Notes: generated by a model not told the origin, from the sequence alone. A stretch of 64,000 nt of DNA from Coleofasciculus chthonoplastes F2-STO-03 (GCA_040222015.1 JAVJWO010000069.1:72746-136745); one strand, 5' to 3'. Positions 32,357 through 42,647 are shown, counted from the first letter of the stretch. A program made the numbers and translations.

Positions 32357-34060
32357 GTTAGAAACTGTAACATAATCCCCGATCATACCTACTCATGTCT
32401 ATTCAAAAATGAGTAGATATTTTAGTCGGAAACATTTTTGGCTGTCATTGTATATAATACCCGAAGTTGCGTTGACAGGTCGAATCAATGGCTACCATCA
32501 CATACTGCAAAGGACTTCCCACCCCAGCTGAGGAGTTAAACCCATTGGGTAAAACTCAATTGGAAATGTTCCTAGCTGAATACTCATCTATATTCCATGT
32601 CTGCGTATGTGAGACAGCCAATCATCTCCTCTGGGATAATAAATTCAACAAGTCTCAATGGAATACGCATTTACAGCAGACATACGGGATAAACAAGCGC
32701 CACGCCAATGGAGTGATAGCTTTTAGCCAAGGGGCGGTGGATGCTGCGTCGGCTAACCGTCAGCGCCACGTCAAGGTGCTAACTGCCAAATTCAAATCTT
32801 GTCAGAAGTGGATCAAAAAGACAGAACGCAAGCTAAAGAATGCTCGTAAATTTTACCGTAGGAAAAACTGGCAAAATAGTAAAACTGGCTGTCAACTACC
32901 TCTTTCGGTGTCTATCCAATACCGGGATACTAACTGGCAGAACCTACGCTTCCAACTGCACTACAAAAAGCGCAAGCTAAACCACTATCAATTACAGATC
33001 GAGTACCTGAAAGCGGCTCCCATTAGGGTCACTATACCCAAAGGACAAGCTTATGTGGTAGGAGCCGCAACCGAAGCCTGTGGTAATCAAAATTGCCAGT
33101 GGAATGGACAAACAATTAAAATTCGGGTTCCCTACTGTCTGGAGGATAAGTTCGGCAAGTATGTCTCATCTGAAATTGGAGATTTTCATCGGAATGTTAA
33201 CCGACTGCCAGCAGAGGGCGCTAAAACCTGGCACTTCTACCGGAAGGATGGCAAATGGTGTGTGGCGGTACAATTCACTCCAGCACCAGTCAAACAGGTA
33301 TCTAGACCAATTCAGTACGGGTGTATTGGCATAGACTTGAACCCAGGTTCAATCGGTTGGGCATACATCGATCCAGAAGGCAATCTCAAGCACCATGGGC
33401 AGATATCGATCCAGATGGGTTTACCCCGTGGCAAACAAGACGCCGCCATCAGACATATCTGTTTCCTACTTCTGGATATGGCGATTTTCTACCAATGCCC
33501 GATTGTGTGTGAGGAGTTGGACTTTTCCGGCAAGAAAAACCAACTTAGGGAGAAAGGGCGCAAGTACGCCAGAATGCTATCTGCTTGGGCATACAGCCGC
33601 TTTTTCGAGCTACTAACCGCCATCGTGTCTAATCGCGGTATAGAGTTAAGACAAGTCAATCCCGCCTACACCAGCCTAATTGGTCTGGTTAAGTATGTCC
33701 GAATGTACGGGTTAGCCAGTGATGAAGCGGCTGCTTTGGCGATTGCCCGTCGCGGTATGAGATTAGGAGAAAAATTACCAGACTCCATAACCGCCTATCT
33801 ATCGGTGAACGATAGCAAGCACGTATGGAGCCAGTGGAACCAACTCAATAGTAAGCTCAAGCGCTTGATCAGAAGTAGACACGCCTACTATGGTATCTCT
33901 AACTGGGAGTTTTTGGTTGACGCTGAGCGAAGCCGAAGCGTTGACCCTCAACAGGGAAGCGGTAACGCACTAAAAACAAGCGCTTGAAGAAACTTATACC
34001 GTTGAGTTTTGCCTAGGTTTGTTTACTTGTGAGCAGATATGACTAGGTTTTTGGAAGCGG
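32357..34060 (+). mobile_element. Non-autonomous IS607/IS605-superfamily element carrying only tnpB
   Basis: tnpB without tnpA; subterminal direct repeats ctaggttt and a ...ttttggaagcGG end; GG at the left junction. Boundaries are inferred. Confidence 0.6.
32488..33987 (+). CDS. tnpB: TnpB-related RNA-guided nuclease (Zn-finger-less clade)
   Basis: RuvC-I IGIDLN, RuvC-II VCEELDF, VNPAYTS, RuvC-III SDEAAALAIARR. Confidence 0.88.
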   Translation: MATITYCKGLPTPAEELNPLGKTQLEMFLAEYSSIFHVCVCETANHLLWDNKFNKSQWNTHLQQTYGINKRHANGVIAFSQGAVDAASANRQRHVKVLTAKFKSCQKWIKKTERKLKNARKFYRRKNWQNSKTGCQLPLSVSIQYRDTNWQNLRFQLHYKKRKLNHYQLQIEYLKAAPIRVTIPKGQAYVVGAATEACGNQNCQWNGQTIKIRVPYCLEDKFGKYVSSEIGDFHRNVNRLPAEGAKTWHFYRKDGKWCVAVQFTPAPVKQVSRPIQYGCIGIDLNPGSIGWAYIDPEGNLKHHGQISIQMGLPRGKQDAAIRHICFLLLDMAIFYQCPIVCEELDFSGKKNQLREKGRKYARMLSAWAYSRFFELLTAIVSNRGIELRQVNPAYTSLIGLVKYVRMYGLASDEAAALAIARRGMRLGEKLPDSITAYLSVNDSKHVWSQWNQLNSKLKRLIRSRHAYYGISNWEFLVDAERSRSVDPQQGSGNALKTSA

Positions 34061-34208
34061 TGAGATATGGGTGTCAACTTAAGGTGAAAGCTGGGGAAGC
34101 AGGGGAAGCTGGGGAAGCTGGGGAAGCGTCACCATAAATACAGCGCTTTTCAAGTAAGTGAGGTACACAGACAGATCCCCGACTTCTCGGAGAAGTCGGG
34201 GATCTTGC

Positions 34209-34667
34209 ACGCCGCTAACCACGATTCTCTCCTCTAGTGAAATGTTAGAACGGTATAGCGATCGCCTGAGTCCAGAACGCAAAACCGTACATTTTCAGAA
34301 AATTAGCCAATCTGTAGGCTATATGACCCAATTATTGGAAGATATTTTAATCTATAGCAAAGCCGACGCCCTGAAATACTCACCCAACGGTGATCCCGTA
34401 GACTTTGAACTGAATCGTGAGGAGAATCAAGCTATAATTATTATTCGCGATCGCGGCATCGGTATTCCCCCAAACGACCAAGTTCATTTATTTGAACCCT
34501 TTCATCGTACCCAGAATACAGGTACAATCAACGGGACAGGACTAGGACTCGCGATCGTCAAAAAAGCCGTGGATTTGCATCAAGGCAAAATTTCTGTCCA
34601 AAGTAAGATTGATATTGGCACAACATTTACCGTCAAATTGCCACTCCTGAATGTAAAAAAATTCTAG
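34209..34667 (+). pseudogene. Histidine kinase remnant (H-box His lost; deletion between DHp and N-box)
   Basis: TPLTTILSSSE without the preceding SHE; ILIYSKA joined directly to DALKYSP; G1/F/G2 boxes intact. Confidence 0.8.
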
Positions 34668-35035
34668 TCGGGACACGACTTGTCGTGTCCCGACTAAAGG
34701 TGATATAACCGTTGTGAAATCATCAAAAAAACGTCACTCGCCCTCTAGTCGGAAGAATCTGATCCTAAAAACTACTATAGTAAAGTGCAAGCTATATAAG
34801 CTATAGAAATTTTAAATTCTACTGTTTTATAGAACGCAATCATTTATAAAATGCTGCATTAACTATAAATAAATCTGAATAGGCTAAACACCCCTGATGT
34901 AATGGAGATAACCATGAATCCTAACCAATCCGCAAAAAAAAACTAAATATATCCTCCGATACCTTAACCGAAGCGATTAACGAGCATATTCAAAACGCCC
35001 AAGAACGTTTAGCCCAGACAGAACCTGAGGTTAGC

Positions 35036-36280
35036 ATGTCAGCCGATGAATGCTCAATTAAGCTAGCCGAAACCGTTACCGAACTATCCACCACCCTCGA
35101 AGAACTACAAGTCGCCGTCGAAGAAATCCAAGAACGGAATCAGGAACTCGCAGCGGCGCATCAAGCCACAGAAGACGAACGCCGAAAGTATCAAGAGTTA
35201 TTTGAATTCGCCCCAGACGGCTATTTCATCACCGACGCATCCGGTATAATCCAAGACGCCAACCAAGCCGCCGCCACCCTGCTGAATATAGAAAAACGGC
35301 GTCTAATCGACAAACCCCTAGCTGTGTTTATTGCTGATACAAGCAAACGCACCTTTCTCAGTCAACTCAACCAACTCACCCACCTCTCCTCCCCCGACTT
35401 TCCCACCACCCTACTGTACCGAGACTGGGAACTATCCCTGCAACCGCGCCAGAGTGAACCATTCCCGGTGGAGATTTCCATCTCAGCCATACTCAACCCC
35501 CAATCAGAAATCGTGGGATTGCGCTGGTTAATTCGGGACATGACCTATCGCCATCAAGCCGAAAGCCTACGCCAACAACTAGAAGCCGAAAAAGAATTCA
35601 GCGAACTCAAATCCCGCTTCATCCAAACCGTCTCCCACGAATTCCGCACCCCCCTGAACATGATTTACGTCTCCGCCCAACTCCTCGCCCGTTCTCACGA
35701 CGGCTTAAGCGAAGAAAAATGCAATCAATTACTCCAACGAACCGATAAAGCCGTGCGGCGGATTACAAAAATACTCGATGACGTTCTCGTCTTCAGCCAA
35801 GCCAGCGCCGACAAACTGGAACTCAACCCCACATTACTCGACTTAGAACAATTCTGCCAAACCATCGTCGAAGACTATCAAATCATCGCCGGTAGCAGCA
35901 AAACCCTACAACTCAACGCCCCCGGAACCAACCACAGCGTTTGCCTCGACGAGAAACTCCTCTATCAAATACTTGGCAACCTCTTATCCAACGCCATCAA
36001 CTATTCCCAACCAAACAGCACCATAACCCTAACCCTAACCTATCCAGACCATACAGTATGCTTTCAGATCCAAGATCAAGGAATCGGCATACCAAGAGAA
36101 GACATCCCCCGACTCTTTGACCCCTTCCACCGGGCGAGAAATGTCAGCAACCTACCCGGAACTGGGCTCGGACTATCCATCGTCCAAAAAGCCATCGAAC
36201 TCCACGGCGGAACCATCAACGTCCACAGTGAAGTCGATATCGGCACCACCTTCACCGTCACCCTACCCTTAGATTTGTAG
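35036..36280 (+). CDS. PAS-domain sensor histidine kinase (true start probably 34914, frameshifted in an A9 run)
   Basis: FEFAPDGY PAS, SHEFRTPL, NLLSNAI, DQGIGI, GTGLGL. Confidence 0.92.
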   Translation: MSADECSIKLAETVTELSTTLEELQVAVEEIQERNQELAAAHQATEDERRKYQELFEFAPDGYFITDASGIIQDANQAAATLLNIEKRRLIDKPLAVFIADTSKRTFLSQLNQLTHLSSPDFPTTLLYRDWELSLQPRQSEPFPVEISISAILNPQSEIVGLRWLIRDMTYRHQAESLRQQLEAEKEFSELKSRFIQTVSHEFRTPLNMIYVSAQLLARSHDGLSEEKCNQLLQRTDKAVRRITKILDDVLVFSQASADKLELNPTLLDLEQFCQTIVEDYQIIAGSSKTLQLNAPGTNHSVCLDEKLLYQILGNLLSNAINYSQPNSTITLTLTYPDHTVCFQIQDQGIGIPREDIPRLFDPFHRARNVSNLPGTGLGLSIVQKAIELHGGTINVHSEVDIGTTFTVTLPLDL

Positions 36281-36485
36281 TTCGTAGTTTGGGAACTTTA
36301 GCCCATCAACGCAACGCCGAACATACCAACGTAAAACATACATTCAACCTTAACCAAGGGCGGGTTTTGCCACAAACAGTATCAGCAAAATTTCCAATTC
36401 AATCCCTAAACCCGCCCCTACAATTTACCCGGTTTACCCACAAACAGTATCAGCAAAATTACCAATTCAATCCCTAAACCCGCCC

Positions 36486-37514
36486 CTACAATTCACCCTG
36501 CTTACCCATCACCCGTTGCACACTCACCAACGCCCGATTCAACTCATACCCCTTCCCTTCCGGATGCGCCAAATACGCCAACTGTTCCTCCTCAATCATC
36601 TGCACATCCTGACGCACCAACCCATCCAACAATCCCTGCGCCGAACCAAACAAAGTATCCTTAATCAACCGCCGAAACCAAATCGGTAACTTATGCAATC
36701 GCCAAAAGGCATTCAGCGACGTAAAATGAACCAAATAAGCGCGAGTTTTCCTTAAATTCACCGGACACAATAAACAATAAATCCTAAAATCCTGCCCCAA
36801 ACTCGATACCCAATGGGGATACACATAACTCACATCCAACGGTTCCGGATGCAAACGCCGCAGCGCCGGAAAAAACAACTGAGAAATCGACCAAATCTGA
36901 TCAATTTTATAATAACTCTGCGCCTGATAATGAGCATCCACCCGATACTCATCTTCATCGATATCCATCAAAACCGGATCAGCCCAGGCTTGCCAATCCT
37001 GATGCAAATGCCCATGATACATATCCATTAAATTCTCAATTAGAAACGAATAATGGGCATTACAGTCAATCCGAGAAACCGTGGCAATATAATTCAGATG
37101 ATCCCACTCCGGGAGTCCCATCGGTTGTTGAATGTCCCCATTCCTCTCCCCTGGAAACAGCCAAATAAACCCATCCTTTTCCCGCACCGGATAAGCACGA
37201 ATCGTACAACTCGGCAGTTTTTGATTCTCGGCTAAATAGGGAACAAAAACACAATTTCCAGTTGACTTAAACTGCCATCCGTGATAAGCGCATTCCAATA
37301 AATCCCCCTTAACTTGACCATGACTTAACTGCACCTGGCGATGGGGGCAACGGTTTTCTAAGGCATGAATTTCACCCGTACTATCGCGATAAATAACAAT
37401 GTTTTGATGCCAAAGGGTTACGCCGATGGGTTGAGTTTTAACCTCATCGCTACGGGCGACGACATACCAATGGTTAAGATTAATTCCAAGTTGGCGAACG
37501 TCTAAATTGGTCAT
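36486..37514 (-). CDS. Rieske non-heme iron oxygenase, CruH-like candidate
   Basis: CPHR...CAYHGW Rieske motif, ENLMDMYHGHLH iron site; lies downstream of the CrtU/CruE-like gene. Confidence 0.8.
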   Translation of the reverse strand: MTNLDVRQLGINLNHWYVVARSDEVKTQPIGVTLWHQNIVIYRDSTGEIHALENRCPHRQVQLSHGQVKGDLLECAYHGWQFKSTGNCVFVPYLAENQKLPSCTIRAYPVREKDGFIWLFPGERNGDIQQPMGLPEWDHLNYIATVSRIDCNAHYSFLIENLMDMYHGHLHQDWQAWADPVLMDIDEDEYRVDAHYQAQSYYKIDQIWSISQLFFPALRRLHPEPLDVSYVYPHWVSSLGQDFRIYCLLCPVNLRKTRAYLVHFTSLNAFWRLHKLPIWFRRLIKDTLFGSAQGLLDGLVRQDVQMIEEEQLAYLAHPEGKGYELNRALVSVQRVMGKQGEL

Positions 37515-37676
37515 AATTAGTCATAATTCAATTATAGTTATAATGTAATTGTAGGGGTAGGTTTATCCATTGTAGGGGCGGGTTTAGGAATTCAACTCAG
37601 CTATCACTGAAATAACTGAACAGCAAAACCCGCCCTATCTCACTTTTGTTGTACAGGGGAGAAAGGGGGGTTATTT

Positions 37677-38195
37677 TCATAATATTGTGTCCCGATCAAA
37701 ATCCGTTAACGCATGAGAACCAAGGGGACATAATATACCCGTGGAAGCAAACGTCGGCGCTGTCGGAATCACAGGCGGAGACGTGGAAGGCAAATTCGTT
37801 TCACAAATCCCTCCAATCCCCTTAATAATCTCACCCGACGATACCACAAAAGCCGCCCCCGCATAACTTTTTAGTCTCGGATCTTTTGCTTGGGCAATCA
37901 TAATCATACCCTGACGCGGATTCTTTGCAGGTAGCATCAAATAGCGATAAGTCTCCGTCTCCTGTAATCCCGCCAAATTTAACTCAGTTAAACTTGGGGC
38001 AAACTGAGAATACTCCAGAAAATAATTCAATTGCGCCAGATTTACGGCATTTAAATACTCTTGCACCTCCCCTTGCAGCGCCAAGGCTACGGCTGTCTGG
38101 GGAATGTAGGGAGGCGATTCCTGCGCCTGTACCGTTGATGAGATTCCTGCGAATAAAGTAATCAGTCCTAATTTCGCGATCGCACCTTTAATCAT
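37677..38195 (-). CDS. Type IV pilin-like G/H family protein with Sec-type signal
   Basis: YL.AVN.AQ..Y, LKSY.GA, ICET...C. Confidence 0.75.
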   Translation of the reverse strand: MIKGAIAKLGLITLFAGISSTVQAQESPPYIPQTAVALALQGEVQEYLNAVNLAQLNYFLEYSQFAPSLTELNLAGLQETETYRYLMLPAKNPRQGMIMIAQAKDPRLKSYAGAAFVVSSGEIIKGIGGICETNLPSTSPPVIPTAPTFASTGILCPLGSHALTDFDRDTIL

Positions 38196-38365
38196 AGCTT
38201 GTTCCTCTCCATTGGCGATAGGGGATTGGGTTTAGGAAAGTTCGGGCGGGTTTTGTTGATATGTTATCGGTAATATTCACGATTGAATCCCTAAACCCGC
38301 CCCTACAATTATCTGTACTGTTGGCGAGATTCCTGTTTAAGGCTGGTGGTGTATCAAGGGTTTCT

Positions 38366-38427
38366 GACGAATGACGAATGACAAATGACGAATGACAAAT
38401 GACGAATGACGAATGACGAATAACAAA
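38366..38427. repeat. STRR tract abutting the stop of the CruE-like gene
   Basis: (aatgacg/aatgaca)n. Confidence 0.9.
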
Positions 38428-40389
38428 TCATATCGAAAAAATCCCTTCTGGATTCACCGATAATAGCGATCGCTGTTGCAATCCTTCCCGGTGTATAATC
38501 CCATTAGCCGCCAGGAAGCCACTACTTACCGCCCGTTCCATTAACCCACAGGGAAAAGGCATTTTTACCCAGTCTCCAGCAAAAAATAGATTCGCCACTC
38601 CCGAATCAGTTTCTGGGCGTTCCTGATAACTCCCTGGGGGATAACCGGAGAAGTTTTTCTGATTCACTAACTCCTGATGTAACATCGTCGCCGTTTGTAA
38701 TTCGGGGACAATTTCATAGAGTTCCTGTGCAAACGTGGTTAATAAAACCTGCTGATTGGGAAACTCGTCTTCTTTATAACAGTAAGCGTGTAACTCTACC
38801 ACACTTCCCCCCGTCTTTTCATGCCACTGAATATAATCATCTTGGATGCGATGATACAAAGTAATACTATCGGTGAGACGATAGCCAGATAGGGAGGTAA
38901 AATTACTATGTTGCCAAGCAAAATCTCGATCAAACCAAAATCGGGCAACGGCAAAAGGATCAGCTACGGCTAATTGTTCCACCTGCATAAATACCTGGGG
39001 ATTCACCTCCCCTTCTGCCAACTTAAACAAATGTTGTACACCCGGAACATCAGTGGCAAAGACATAATAATCTGCTTGAATCGTTTCCGTAGCTACCGGG
39101 GGCGACTCTGAACTAGAAATTCCCATCAGTTGCACCTCATCCTCCTGGCGTTGCATCAGGTTAAATCGAGGTAAATCCCGTTTCGCCGGACCCGCAATCA
39201 CTTTACCTTCAGAATTATAAACCGCCCCATGACAGGGACAAAGAAACTGACCATCCCCTTGGCGTTGTACGGTACAGCCTTGATGAGTACAAGTTAGAGA
39301 AATCGCTTGATTCTCCTCTGGAAACAGGGCAAACATAGCATCCCCAGCCCCGTAATAGTCCACAGTCTGATCAGATTCATTGGTGTCCATCCTGTGATTC
39401 CGCTTCACCCAAAATGGCACCGAGGGTTGAGTATTTCCCTGTTGATAGCGAATCGAATGAATCTGCCCATCTTGCCACTGAATCTGACTCACCGTGGCTT
39501 CCGTAACAATTTTTCCCTGTTGATTTTGAATCGCCTGGGCAATCGGTTCCACCAAACTTCTACCCATATCCTGGCGCGTCCCATTAAACGCCAATCCCTC
39601 CGGATTCCCAAAAAAATAAAAGTGGAAAAACTGCATTAATTCGCCCACACTCAACAGATCCGGCGCATTCAGACTGGATTTAGCAAAGGGTAAAAAATAC
39701 AGATCATAAAGTCCTTGGGGAAACTCACCTTTTACCCAATCGGCAACCGATAACTGATCCAAACGCTGGAAACTATCGGGAATTTGGAAACCGCCAATTT
39801 CCCGAAACACCTGCCAATGTTTCAGCTTCGTCAAATTAATCCCCCAACGCCAGCGATTTGAAGACGCGATCGCTAAATCTACCACATTCCAGGGAAAAGC
39901 AGAACGACTGGGGCGAAAGACTTCTGGCTGATACTGATTATCCCGAAAAACCACCGAGTAAAATTCCAGGGAACGGAAGTGATCCTGAATCTCCAACTCA
40001 GCCACCAACCGATTCAAATTATAATACTGAGGGAAAAAGCCATGGAACCCATGTTCCATCCGCAGCGAGTGATCGCCCACCTGAATTTGCCAACTGGCAA
40101 TCTTACCACCCAATTGAGGCGATCGCTCTAATAAGGTGACATCAAAACCCCGTTGACTCAACTCATAGGCACAACTAAGCCCCGCCAATCCCGCACCCAC
40201 AACCACTACAGATTTCGGCTGAGTCAGGGTTCGGGGTAAATCCAGGGTATCCGGCTGAATCACCGTCGGTTGCGGTTTCGCCCAGCGAGAATATCCGATC
40301 ACACTACCCACCCCAGCGACGCCGATAAGTTTCAAGGCGGTGCGTCGGGAAAGGAAAAGAGAAGTTAATTTTGATTTGTCATTCGTCAT
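38428..40389 (-). CDS. cruE: FAD-dependent carotenoid desaturase with inserted Rieske domain (CrtU/CruE-like)
   Basis: Tat-like SRRTALK, GAGLAG, EHGFHGFF, CTHQGC...CPCHG, AGDWV...MERAV.SG. Confidence 0.75.
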   Translation of the reverse strand: MTNDKSKLTSLFLSRRTALKLIGVAGVGSVIGYSRWAKPQPTVIQPDTLDLPRTLTQPKSVVVVGAGLAGLSCAYELSQRGFDVTLLERSPQLGGKIASWQIQVGDHSLRMEHGFHGFFPQYYNLNRLVAELEIQDHFRSLEFYSVVFRDNQYQPEVFRPSRSAFPWNVVDLAIASSNRWRWGINLTKLKHWQVFREIGGFQIPDSFQRLDQLSVADWVKGEFPQGLYDLYFLPFAKSSLNAPDLLSVGELMQFFHFYFFGNPEGLAFNGTRQDMGRSLVEPIAQAIQNQQGKIVTEATVSQIQWQDGQIHSIRYQQGNTQPSVPFWVKRNHRMDTNESDQTVDYYGAGDAMFALFPEENQAISLTCTHQGCTVQRQGDGQFLCPCHGAVYNSEGKVIAGPAKRDLPRFNLMQRQEDEVQLMGISSSESPPVATETIQADYYVFATDVPGVQHLFKLAEGEVNPQVFMQVEQLAVADPFAVARFWFDRDFAWQHSNFTSLSGYRLTDSITLYHRIQDDYIQWHEKTGGSVVELHAYCYKEDEFPNQQVLLTTFAQELYEIVPELQTATMLHQELVNQKNFSGYPPGSYQERPETDSGVANLFFAGDWVKMPFPCGLMERAVSSGFLAANGIIHREGLQQRSLLSVNPEGIFSI

Positions 40390-40490
40390 TGTTTAGGGAA
40401 CAGGGAACAGGGAACAGGGGGCGGGCGCGAGTTGCATCTGGGTGAGGCAAGAAACAATAATAGTGAAACCCGCCCCTACAGAAAATTCAA

Positions 40491-41264
40491 ATGAATTATT
40501 GGCATGAAACAGTCGCTGTAGCCCAGCGCATTTTAATTGAACTGGGGCGCAGACGCCGCAGTTTGGTGTTTTGGGGAATTTTCCCCATTTCAGTATTATT
40601 ACTCAACGGTTATATTTTGGCAGAACGCGCCCAATTGTCGATGGCGCAAGCCTTTGAAAATGCCGCCCCTTCGACGTTGGCAGGTGCTGCCCTGTTTTTT
40701 AGCTGTCTGGGGGGTACGGTAGCGACGGTGGTGGGAGAACGGGAACAGCAAACCCTAAAACGTCTGTTCATCTCTCCGTTAAGTGGCATATCCTATTTTT
40801 TAGGTATCTTTTGCGCCCATAGCGCCATTGCTGGGGTTCAAGCGGTTTTGGTTTATGCGATCGCAGCATGTTGGGGTGCTAAATTTCAAGGGTCTCTAGT
40901 TTTAGGCATCTTGATTATTCTACTGAGTATTATGGCGTATGTGGGAGTGGGATTCATCCTCGGTACCCAGTTTGCCCGTCGCACGGAGGATGTAAACGCC
41001 TTGGTTGCGGCGTTTGGTGTACCTTTGTTAATTTTAGGGGGCGCATTTTTACCCACCTCCTTGTTCCCGGAAACCTTGCTAGACATCGCCCAATTTAACC
41101 CGATTTACCACATCAACGAAGCGCTGCTGGCTGTGTGGGCAAATGGCGCAGGATTGGCGGATATTCGGGAACATTTTGGGTTTTTGGCGGTGTTTGCCTT
41201 AATTATGGTGGTAGCCGGATGGTTATCTTATCAGCGGATGCTGAGAGTTGAGCGAAGGTTATGA
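40491..41264 (+). CDS. ABC-2 type exporter permease
   Basis: Six TM helices, EREQQTLKRL, NPIYH. Confidence 0.9.
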   Translation: MNYWHETVAVAQRILIELGRRRRSLVFWGIFPISVLLLNGYILAERAQLSMAQAFENAAPSTLAGAALFFSCLGGTVATVVGEREQQTLKRLFISPLSGISYFLGIFCAHSAIAGVQAVLVYAIAACWGAKFQGSLVLGILIILLSIMAYVGVGFILGTQFARRTEDVNALVAAFGVPLLILGGAFLPTSLFPETLLDIAQFNPIYHINEALLAVWANGAGLADIREHFGFLAVFALIMVVAGWLSYQRMLRVERRL

Positions 41265-41483
41265 TACAAGATAATAATTCTTCGTAGGGGCGCACAGACG
41301 TGCATCCGTGTCAACTTAAGCCCTCACCCCCAGCCCCTCTTCCACCAGGGTAGAGGGGAGTAGGTTTGTAGTGAGGGCTTTAGCCTTTGACAATTTTGGC
41401 AACCTCCCATTTGGGATTTTTGAACTTTCAATTAGTCCGTGTCAGAAACTCATAAAATTGTCCTATTTTATGTATTAGTCATT

Positions 41484-42371
41484 GTGCTGCATATCGAAAA
41501 CCTCTGTAAATCTTACGGCGATCGCCATGTTCTACAAAATCTCACCCTACATATTCCCCCCGGAGAAATTTACGGATTACTTGGACCCAATGGTGCCGGA
41601 AAAACAACCACAATTAATACTATCTGTAACTTACTCAACGCCGACAGTGGCACAATCTCAATTAATCACCAACCCGTCTCCGACGCCACCAAAACCCTAA
41701 TCGGAATTGCCCCCCAGGAAAACTTACTCTATAAAACATTAACCTGTGCCGAAAACCTACATTTTTTTGCCCGCATCTATGGCTTAAGCAAGCGACAACG
41801 AAAGCAACAAGTCCACGCCTGTTTAGACGCCGTTAACCTATGCGATCGCGGTACCTGTCCAGTCGAAACCTTAAGTGGGGGAATGCAGCGACGCTTAAAT
41901 ATAGCCGTCGCCCTGGTTCATCAGCCAAAACTGGTCATTTTAGACGAACCTACAACCGGTTTAGATATCGAAGCCCGATATGAAGTTTGGGACTTGATTC
42001 GTCGTCTCCAACGTCAAGGATTAACAATTTTATTAACTACTCATTTACTAGACGAAGCCGAACGCCTGTGTCAGCGGATTGGCATTCTCAAAGGAGGACA
42101 AATTGTCGCCGAAGGGAGTTTAGATACCCTGCGCCAACGGATTCCCGCCCAAGAGATTGTGATCATCCAAACACAAGAAGAAGAACGTGCGATCGCGCGG
42201 GCGACAGAACTCGGTTTCACCCATCGGCGCTACGGGAATGATTTAGCTTTTTGGTTACCCGAAGCTTTGGATTTAAAAGAAATAATTGAGCGATTTGAGG
42301 GCATTTCCCTAGATTCAATCACTCGCCAACCTGTACGCTTAGAGCATATTTATATCGAAGTGACTCGATAA
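41484..42371 (+). CDS. ABC exporter ATP-binding protein
   Basis: GPNGAGKTT, LSGGMQRR, ILDEPT; probable GTG start at 41484. Confidence 0.93.
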   Translation: MLHIENLCKSYGDRHVLQNLTLHIPPGEIYGLLGPNGAGKTTTINTICNLLNADSGTISINHQPVSDATKTLIGIAPQENLLYKTLTCAENLHFFARIYGLSKRQRKQQVHACLDAVNLCDRGTCPVETLSGGMQRRLNIAVALVHQPKLVILDEPTTGLDIEARYEVWDLIRRLQRQGLTILLTTHLLDEAERLCQRIGILKGGQIVAEGSLDTLRQRIPAQEIVIIQTQEEERAIARATELGFTHRRYGNDLAFWLPEALDLKEIIERFEGISLDSITRQPVRLEHIYIEVTR

Positions 42372-42563
42372 AGGATTGTGGAAGGCAAAGGGCAGAATGA
42401 AAGGAGTTTCGCTATACATAGGGCACGGCAATGCCGTGCCCCTACCCAATCAATTATCCCTTCGGTTGTGGTAGGGGCACGATACCATCGTGCCCTAATC
42501 TAGCTTCATGGAGAATTGGCATTAGACGAACATGATATAAATTCTGAATACCCTATTTCTTAA

Positions 42564-42647
42564 CAAATGACAAATGACAAATGACAAATGACAAATGACA
42601 AATGACAAATGACAAATGACAAATGACAAATGACAAATGACAAATAA
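42564..42647. repeat. STRR tract (CAAATGA)n abutting the recR stop
   Basis: About 11 near-perfect units. Confidence 0.95.

Noticed and set aside
33988..34140. Possible mini-CRISPR array after tnpB (type V-U-like)
   Set aside because: Only short ctaggttt repeats and a 9-mer gctggggaa tract; no repeat-spacer structure
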